Part shown: piece by piece, positions 1 to 6,459 of the stretch
Layout: each line of letters starts with the position of its first letter
How positions within the stretch are numbered: the stretch's first letter is position 1
NCBI GenBank assembly: GCA_051294375.1
Contig: JBJCIZ010000997.1
Location: 2,659 to 9,518, forward strand
DNA length: 6,860 nt
Reading direction: 5' to 3'
Source of the DNA: Paraspadella gotoi
Lineage: Eukaryota; Animalia; Chaetognatha
Program-made: the position numbers and the translations under genes
Notes under the pieces: generated by a model
Told to the model about the DNA's origin: nothing
Databases searched by the model: none
What the model saw: the letters and a program-made list of their open reading frames with translations, nothing else

Positions 1-65
1 TCTTATTCCTCCCATTCTTTGCAATTTTCTTTTTTTTTTCACATACAAAATCCAAATGCTAGTAG

Positions 66-320
66 TATGGCAACAGCCGGGTTGCCTGTGATGCCCATTG
101 GGATGGGGCATCTCACTGTTGGCTTTGGGGGCTTCCGACCCTCAGTGACGCCTCCAGTCACTGGCGCGGTTACCCTAGGACGGTCTCGCTTTGCCAACGC
201 AGAGGGAAGTCGTTAGGACTGTGGAAGGAACACTACGCCTGGGACGGTGTGTTCCCCCTCTGAGCCAATGGATTTGGCTGACAGATGGTGGACATGAGGC
301 GGTGTGAATATACCGCCACA
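66..320. mobile_element. 255-bp solo-LTR-like/TRIM-like non-autonomous element, highly structured
   Basis: Ends are TATGGC (66-71) and GCCACA (315-320), a TGTGGC/GCCACA inverted terminus with one G>A change. It is flanked by an exact 4-bp direct repeat GTAG (62-65, 321-324). It is a GC-rich island in AT-rich flanks with at least 8 internal stems. Confidence 0.6.
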
Positions 321-540
321 GTAGCTAATTTTTCTTTACTCATATATCACCAAGCATTTTAGTTAATCAGTCAGTCACCGACCCTTTCAATCAGACACGA
401 AGAAGGTCAATACATAGAAAATATTTTTATATGTATTATATTATATTATATTTATATATTATTGCCTCTAAAATTAATTTCAAAAATAATCCCTATTTGT
501 TTTAATCCATGGAAAATGATGTGAATCTCGTGTTAGGAGG

Positions 541-831
541 TGTGGATAAGGCGCTAAGCCAGAAAGATGGACACCATAACTTTCTATAACCCCCTTCTAG
601 CACAGACACGGGGAACGGGTCCTGGGGCTTTGGAACTCTTAGGACATTGAGGGTTTTTGGCCACGCCCCCAAGGCGGCTTACGGCCGTCCTTCACTCTTT
701 TCCCGCAGGGGTAGGGTACCGGGTTGGGATTGACCCGGTTAACCTAGTGCTTCATGAACTTGATTGCTTTACTCAATGAGCCACCGCTTATTTAGGCGGG
801 ACGTGAAACCTAGGCAATGCCCGGACTTACA
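541..831 (-). mobile_element. Solo LTR with internal tRNA-like Pol III cassette (Helenus-like TRIM), copy 1
   Basis: TGT...ACA termini; flanks GAGG (537-540) and GGGG (832-835) form a 4-bp TSD with 1 mismatch. Minus strand has A box TGGCTCATTGAG (783-772) and B box GGGTCAATCCC (736-726). Colinear similarity to 5323-5517 stops at both termini. Confidence 0.65.
726..783 (-). promoter_or_regulatory. tRNA-derived type-2 Pol III internal promoter (A box + B box), copy 1
   Basis: Minus strand reads TGGCTCATTGAGTAAAGC (D-arm/A-box-like), then TTCATGA, then GGGTCAATCCC (B box, 1 mismatch to GGTTCRANNCC). The boxes are 35 nt apart. No full cloverleaf forms. Confidence 0.6.
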
Positions 832-1265
832 GGGGGGGCATTCCAAAGATTCCATCCTGGAGGTTCTCGCAGCCGGAAACTATAAAGTGAATCATTCGAG
901 TGGAAGACACTTAATCGAACGACGTTGCTTCGCCCACAAAAACAAACTAAAATATCAGCGAGAAAAAAAAGACGTTTAGGCTGTTTAGTAAGAATTTTAT
1001 TTTGTTTTTTTAGAATATTTTTTTTTTTAAATTTTTTTTGTTTGTTTACTCTCTTTATTTTTGCTCCAAAATGCAATTTCCTTTTTAAGTTAGTGTGTCT
1101 CGTGGCAACTTTGACGTCCCGTCGCTGATTTTCCGGGTCGGCGGTTCGAAGAAATGCGGAAGAGGGTAAGAGTGCTTAGGCTATATGCTCACTAAGCACA
1201 ACCAGAACATTTGTCGAAGTTTACTTTGACGTTACACTTCTCTTTCCATGTTCCCTCCTTCGCAG

Positions 1266-1403
1266 GACGCCGGGTATTGCTGTTGGGTCATTCCGCGGCA
1301 GGTGCAACTCCGACCTCGCTCCCACTCGAGTGCCGTGCTCCGCGACTAGAGTGCCTTCCCCGCCAGTCAAGCATGGTCGCGGAGCGAGGAATGTTTACCG
1401 CGG
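1266..1403 (+). other. Putative 138-nt internal exon, product unknown
   Basis: Long pyrimidine tract ending CGCAG at 1265; donor GG|GTAAGT at 1404. An upstream donor GG|GTAAGA at 1166 would define a 100-nt intron (1166-1265). The segment is GC-rich and two frames are open, but neither resembles a protein I recognise. Confidence 0.4.
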
Positions 1404-1567
1404 GTAAGTTCTCATTTTTTTGAAAAATAACATCAAATGTGGTTAGACTGTTCCAAACTTATATTTTATTTTCATCGTCATATTTTCGACTCTGGTAAAT
1501 TTTAGTCTTTATTCGAAACGTTGTACGATTATAAAAAATAAAATCATTATTTGAAAAACTAAATAAT

Positions 1568-2090
1568 TTTTTTAGTGGGGACTGCTTATCACTTTTCGGT
1601 CCGATCGGTCCGTCCCCCTCAATCTCTGTCGAGCATTTCTCTATTATATCATTGTCGAACATGGCGAATTGTGAAAATAAATTATGCAAACAAATTTATG
1701 TCCGTTCGTCCGTTCCGTCTGTCTGTCTGTCTGGCTCTGTCTGTCTGTCTGTCTGCCTGTCAGTCCTGGTCTGTCTGTCTGTCGTTCTGTTCTGTCTGTC
1801 TGTCTTCTGGTCTGTTTCTGTCTGTCCGTCCGTCCCACCTGAGCAACAAAAAACCTCCAATTATTCCGCTTGTGGATTGGATGGATGGATTGTGGGATAT
1901 GAAAAATTTTGTGTGTTGTTAGGTAGGAAAAGTGTGTTATTGAGCCTGGGATGTTGTTGGAAGTTTCGATGGAAATCGGGCGCAAGTGGAAATGAGTTTA
2001 AATGGAAAAAAAACCAAAAAAATCGATTTCATTATTTGACGCCATTACCAATCAGTGGAATGGGTGCGATTGACATGAAATTTGCCCTAA
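1568..2090 (+). mobile_element. Degenerate Helentron-associated non-autonomous element (HINE/DINE-1-like); boundaries approximate
   Basis: T-run followed by AGTGGGGACTGC, then a long (GTCY)n tract. Core-like phrases AAGTTTCGATGGAAATCGG and CGATTGACATGAAATTTG follow, which resemble DINE-1/HINE internal repeats. No 3' subterminal inverted repeat or hairpin was found. Confidence 0.45.
1700..1835. repeat. (GTCT/GTCC)n imperfect microsatellite
   Basis: Directly visible tandem GTCY units. Confidence 0.95.
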
Positions 2091-2199
2091 TTAATTAATA
2101 TTACCGCTATATGTCGTGAAGTTGCTCTTTCAACTTGTTTTTGTTAAAATTTAAATAATTTAGCCCAATAGATTTATTATTAAACCGGTAATACCTATG

Positions 2200-2280
2200 C
2201 CTAACCCAAATAGCTTACCCCTAACCTCATATCTCCTAACCTGATCTTTTAACCTAATCTTAAATCCTAATCCCTAAACC
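2200..2280. repeat. Dispersed CCTAA(C/T) telomere-like motifs
   Basis: CCTAA at about 2200, 2220, 2235, 2253, 2266 and 2273 with irregular spacers. Confidence 0.55.
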
Positions 2281-2777
2281 ATATTTACTAACTTCAATAG
2301 TTAATTCTTAATCCTTACTAATTCTTTAAATTTAAAAATATTAATTTAATTCTGGATTAAAATATAAAATATGGCGCTTTGGGAAAACCCTGGCCGATTT
2401 CTCTGGGGAAATTCATCCCGTCTTCTTTTAATGCACAGGGATCCATTTTTGTACGGAATGTGGAAAGATCTCGCATATGTTGATGGTATCCACCCAATTA
2501 GACCCAGGTCAGGTTTCAAAGGGAACAGAGGTTAAATAGAGTTTGGAGCTAACTAAATTTTTGAAAAAAATTTACTTTTAGAAATTTGATGAAATAAACT
2601 CTGTTTTTGGGAATCGAGAATGATATAGAATTCGAAATCCAAAAAGATTTGTTGAGTTGGGATCTTTTAAATTCGTCTATACGATAGAAATTAATCATTT
2701 AAAAAGATTTACAGCGACAAAAAATTTAAGAGCAGAACAAGCGTTCTTTTCTTCCCGTTCTGACCTCATTATGCTTA

Positions 2778-2828
<51 letters not shown>

Positions 2829-2835
2829 TCTCTCT

Positions 2836-2873
<38 letters not shown>
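2778..2873. repeat. (CT)n microsatellite
   Basis: About 95 bp of nearly pure CT dinucleotide. Confidence 0.98.
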
Positions 2874-2876
<3 letters not shown>

Positions 2877-3273
2877 GACACCCCTACCTTCGCACCACTT
2901 CCTTTTTGCTTTGTTCCTCCGCTTTAATCGGGAAGATGCGCGGTCGCGAACATAAAAAAACAAAGATTGCGGTTGCCCATATCAAGACCCGATTCCTCGT
3001 TTTGAAAGTCTCCAACTCTTTTTCTATTTTTCTCACTTGACGACTCCGCGCTTCTTCCTCGGGGTTTTTTTATTTAAAACGCCAGATTTGGCTGGAATTT
3101 AGCGATCTGAAAATGAAAGCGTGTTTTGCTTAGTTATTCTTTATCCGATGGCACCGATGGCACCCGACGGCATCGTCTTTCTCAGGGCAAACAGTTGTTT
3201 TTTTTTCGTCGACGGTTTAGATTTTTTAATCTTTGGCTTTTAAAGTAACTCATACTAATAAGTTTTGACTTAC

Positions 3274-3552
3274 TTAATTAACTTGACAATTTTGCCTTTC
3301 GTCCCATGCTCTCCCTGAATTTCTGCTTTTTCAGGTTTTGAATTCACTCTTCTTGTTCTTCTTCCACTTGTCGATTTCCACTTTCACTTCATTCATATCT
3401 TCTTCCACCTTCTACGCATCCATTTCCGCTCTCACTTCATTCCAGATCCGCTTTCTACCATCGAATCGACGGGCCGGAGGCTAAAAAAAGAGGAAAGACT
3501 TGAAAATATTGAGATGTACGGCGTTTGGCGGAAGCGAAGAAGGCCATGAGGC
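3274..3552 (-). pseudogene. Disrupted two-exon coding remnant, unknown protein
   Basis: Exon 3552-3520, 39-nt GT..AG intron 3519-3481, exon 3480-3274. It translates as ASWPSSLPPNA|PPARRFDGRKRIWNEVRAEMDA*KVEEDMNEVKVEIDKWKKNKKSEFKT*KSRNSGRAWDERQNCQVN*. The internal repeat NEVRAEMDA*K / NEVKVEIDKWK suggests the TAG arose from TGG. Confidence 0.4.
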
Positions 3553-3567
3553 TCAATATTATGGGTG

Positions 3568-3607
3568 TTCTCTGTGTCTCTCTCTCTGTCTCTCTCTCTT
3601 CTCTCTG
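3568..3607. repeat. CT-rich imperfect microsatellite
   Basis: Visible (CT)n with GT interruptions. Confidence 0.85.
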
Positions 3608-3619
3608 TATATAATATTA

Positions 3620-3770
3620 ATATATATAAGTGATATATCCCCGTCTCTCTACTCATTACTTACTCTCAAAATTGTCACTTTATTAAATAATTTGCCACTG
3701 ATGAAGGTTCAAACAAGAACGAAACATGTCCGTTATAAATTAAACCGTTGTTTAATCAAAATAAAAACTC
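3620..3770 (+). mobile_element. Probable Penelope-like retroelement pseudo-LTR fragment; boundaries uncertain
   Basis: Order is TATATAAG (3623-3630), minimal hammerhead, AATAAA (3760-3765). No RT or GIY-YIG ORF is present in the window. Confidence 0.45.
3694..3734 (+). ncRNA. Minimal type-I hammerhead ribozyme motif (degenerate), Penelope-like-element type
   Basis: CTGATGA (3698-3704), stem II GTTC/GAAC closing an AAACAA loop, GAAA (3721-3724), palindromic ACATGT stem III and a GTC cleavage triplet (3728-3730). Stem I is poorly paired (GCCA vs CGTT). Confidence 0.65.
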
Positions 3771-4227
3771 TACTTAGTAAACAAAATCGGAAATTAAACA
3801 ATTAAAACAAACATTGCAAATATTTAATAATTTTAAATATATAATTGTCATCAAGATTGTTAATTTAGTTCTTCATTTCGAATGATGACTTATGATCAGC
3901 AATTAAAAACTATAATTAAAAGATTAGTGATTATATTATTTGAATAAATTTTATGCCAATAAATAAAATGAACTATGTATATCTCGAAGCTTTTATAAGA
4001 ATGTAAAAGATTTAATATCAACCAAAACAACTTCAAATTTTATATCTTAATGAACATGCTCATTGCTTAGGTATGGACGCTTGCCTTGTACATGTATCTT
4101 CACTCTTTGGAACTTATTCTTAGGTTTTAGCTCTCGACGTCCTGATCAACTTCTTCCCTTCCTCTTTTGAGAGTCTGTCTCTTCACTTTTTTCCAATTTT
4201 CTCCATCTCCCTCTTCACAGCTTCACC

Positions 4228-4530
4228 TTGTTTCTCCTTCCTCTTCCTCTCCTTTTTCCCTCCTTCTTCTTCCTTCTCCTCTTCCTCCTCCTCTTCCTCC
4301 TCTTTTTCCTCCTTCTTTTCCTCCTCTTTTCTCCTCCTCTTTATCCTCCTTTTTCTTCCTCTTTTCCTTTTTCTCTTCCTCCTCCTCTTTTTTCCTCTCC
4401 TCCTTCATTCCTCTCTCCTTCTTCCTCTTCCCTCCTCCCTTTCCCTCCTTCTTCCCCTCCTTTCTCCTCCTCCTCTTTTCCTCCTCCTCTCCTCCTCCTC
4501 CTCCTTATTTCCTTCATCATCTTCCTCCGC
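4228..4530. repeat. Polypyrimidine (CCT/CTT) low-complexity tract
   Basis: About 300 bp almost exclusively C/T on the + strand. Confidence 0.95.
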
Positions 4531-4809
4531 ATTCATCTTCCCTTCGCAAACTGTCCATCACCAGAGGACCGCAAGGAAAGGATTTTGCGCAGATTTGTAT
4601 TCGCCGCGCACCAACTCTTCGAACTGATTGTAGTTTTTTGGAGTGAGAAGAGGGGTGAGTCGCGGATCGGGTCGGATACCATAGACTCGATCTGTAGGAT
4701 GCCTAGCAGACAAAAACAAAAGGAATTCGGGAATTTTATTGTTTATTTATTTGAATTATTTGTGAGGCGTTGGATGAATCAAATTTCAATGATTAAATTG
4801 ATAATTTTG

Positions 4810-4890
4810 GATTGACTCAGTTCGGTTTCATTGATTTTATTGATTGACCAAAACGCGTGATTGATTGATTGGCTTTGATTCATTGATTGA
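4810..4890. repeat. Degenerate (ATTG)n repeat in putative intron
   Basis: Multiple GATT/ATTG units, e.g. TGATTGATTGATTGG at 4858-4872. Confidence 0.6.
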
Positions 4891-5322
4891 CTAACTTTTT
4901 AAATCTTTATCCTCCATAAAAAGTTGTTATTTCTGTTATGTAGATAAATAAAATACTTTATTATTATTATAATAAAGGCGATATCAGGCACCTGCTTGTG
5001 TGTAAGACCCGCATTAGCAGAGAGAAGACGTTGGCCCTTGAGTTTGAAGGCAGCGCGCCCACTTCTTCTACGGGGACGCCGCCAGTTGGAGAGGCCGTTC
5101 CGTGAGAATGAGTACGTCCTTGTCAGATTGACCGTACGGCGAATGCCTGGAGTAGGTTTGAGCGGGGGAAACAAAGATAGATAAATTAATTATTTGGATT
5201 CAATAAATTCAATTCAATCCTTAAATGAAAATCGCATCCATTTATCCAAACAGAGAAGCAAGCAAGCAGACAGAGAAAAAAACTTTGCTGAAAAAAAAAA
5301 AAATCGTCCTCGGGATTTAATC

Positions 5323-5517
5323 GTAGATAAAGCGCTAAGTGGGGTTGTTAGATTGCTATCCGCTTTCCGTCCTCACGCTTCCGGCAGGGTCGGTACCGGG
5401 TGGGATTGAACCGGGTAAGCTGGTGTCATGATGACGGCTTTACTCAATAGCCACCGGATCATAACTGTCATACTTAATTATTATGGGCGGGGTGACTTGG
5501 GCAAATGCCCGACTACA
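5323..5517 (-). mobile_element. Solo LTR with internal tRNA-like Pol III cassette (Helenus-like TRIM), copy 2
   Basis: Ends are GTAG...CTACA (TGTAG/CTACA inverted terminus missing one base), flanked by exact AATC (5319-5322, 5518-5521). Minus strand has A box TGGCTATTGAG (5453-5443) and a perfect B box GGTTCAATCCC (5412-5402). It is homologous to 541-831. Confidence 0.65.
5402..5453 (-). promoter_or_regulatory. tRNA-derived type-2 Pol III internal promoter (A box + B box), copy 2
   Basis: Minus strand reads TGGCTATTGAGTAAAGC, then ATCATGA, then GGTTCAATCCC. The boxes are 30 nt apart. Confidence 0.65.
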
Positions 5518-6049
5518 AATCAATCAATCATTCACCTTTCGACGAGGAGATTCCCCAAGACGACGTTCGTGGACGAAACTTGATGGCGCTCCCCGTGCAG
5601 GTGGCGCCTCTGGTTGTCGCACCCGGCCTGATGGGCAGCCTGCACCTGCTTGAGGTCCAGGTGCTCGTCGGAAGTCGAAGTTAAGTCGACGAGCGTCGAT
5701 GGTGACGAGTGGAAATCCTAAAGAGGGAGTTGGGAATGAGAGAGGATTGACGGGATGATTGTTTGAACAAGCGTTGGAGGAGACAAAGAATCTTCATTAC
5801 TGAAAAATAATGTGTCGTTTTGGACAAAATAATATGTAATCGTATTTAATACTGTGGCGATAAGACTTAAAATCAACACAGTGAAAATGTAAGCCCGTAT
5901 CAGAAATTGTATTTTTTTTGTTAAATAGCCGTACGAATAATTAATTATTACATTAATTAGTTAATAGCAATAACTAAATGATTTTGAACTCTTTAATAAA
6001 ATACTTAATAATACTTCTCAAAAGCTTTACATTCCTGACTAGCGAAAAA

Positions 6050-6077
6050 AACAACAACAACAACAACAACAACAACA
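6050..6077. repeat. (CAA)n microsatellite
   Basis: About 9 tandem AAC/CAA units. Confidence 0.95.
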
Positions 6078-6459
6078 CAACCCAGAACCAGAACCATAAC
6101 CTGTTTGAGTTTCTGTGATCGCTGACTCTCGCAAATCTACTCCACGAGTTCGGCCAAGGCGTTTCATCCGCTCTAGCGAACTCGTCCACTCCGATGCTGC
6201 CATCATGGTCTTACGAGAAAGGACGCATGTCACGAGGGAAAGAGAGTTCGGTTTTTCGCCGCAGGGGTGATTAGTTCGGAATGAATGGTTGCATTGGTCG
6301 GATTAAATGGGTTTTCATTTGGGGTTGGTTTTGCATCATTTTTTTAGTTTGTTTGGTGATTCGTTATTATGGGAAGTTGCAAAGTTACTTGGTTTTGGTG
6401 ATATGAACTTCCATTTTCGATTTTCGAAATTTCGGACATATAATATTTTTTTAGGCATT

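Larger units (their letters stand above)
4120..6206 (-). pseudogene. Four-exon disrupted gene with acidic/basic low-complexity C-terminus, product unknown
   Basis: GC-rich blocks 6206-6101, 5717-5536, 5146-4992 and 4702 onward are bounded by GT donors and pyrimidine-tract AG acceptors and separated by AT-rich introns. Exon phases are compatible from the ATG at 6206, but the spliced frame contains in-frame TGA codons. Confidence 0.5.

Noticed and set aside
200-262. Hammerhead ribozyme in the three-way junction (CTGTGGA resembles CTGANGA)
   Set aside because: A6 is missing, there is no GAAA after the following stem and no NUH site in the right topology.
716-790. Functional tRNA gene, including a TCA (Sec/opal suppressor) reading that would pair with the TGA-interrupted frame
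   Set aside because: No 7-bp acceptor stem or anticodon stem forms in either copy, and the CAT register fits U33/purine-37 better than TCA.
1094-1200. Fourth TG..CA element with A/B boxes (TGTG...CACA; GGTTCGAA at 1143)
   Set aside because: No TSD (TTAG vs ACCA), the B box lacks the terminal CC, and the A box match is poor.
1310-1395. HDV-like ribozyme suggested by the CCTCGC L3-like motif on either strand
   Set aside because: No P3/P1/P1.1 nested double pseudoknot can be built around it.
1575-2098. ORFs 1575-1922, 1644-1985 and 1652-2098 as proteins
   Set aside because: They are open only because they span the GTCY microsatellite (SVCL/RQTD repeats).
3145-3173. Triple CCGAYGGCA 9-10-bp repeat as a binding-site array
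   Set aside because: It is too short and is most simply explained by local slippage.
4167-4815. Plus-strand F/L/P/S-rich ORFs as membrane proteins
   Set aside because: They are translation artefacts of the polypyrimidine tract, and the splice signals indicate the minus strand.
541-5517. The two tRNA-cassette repeats as paired LTRs of one ~5-kb retrotransposon
   Set aside because: They differ greatly in length and sequence, and each has its own TSD-like flanks. The outer flanks (GAGG vs AATC) do not match, there is no PBS or PPT at the inner edges, and no gag/pol lies between them.
5851-5910. RSS/Transib-like end (CACAGTG at 5877-5883, with inverted ACTGTG upstream)
   Set aside because: No nonamer at 12- or 23-nt spacing, and no partner TIR or 5-bp TSD.
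6178-6210. EF-hand-like peptide DHDGSIGVDEF on the minus strand
   Set aside because: It is immediately preceded by an in-frame TAA, lacks flanking helices or a second EF-hand, and is in a different frame from the spliced model, so it is likely chance.
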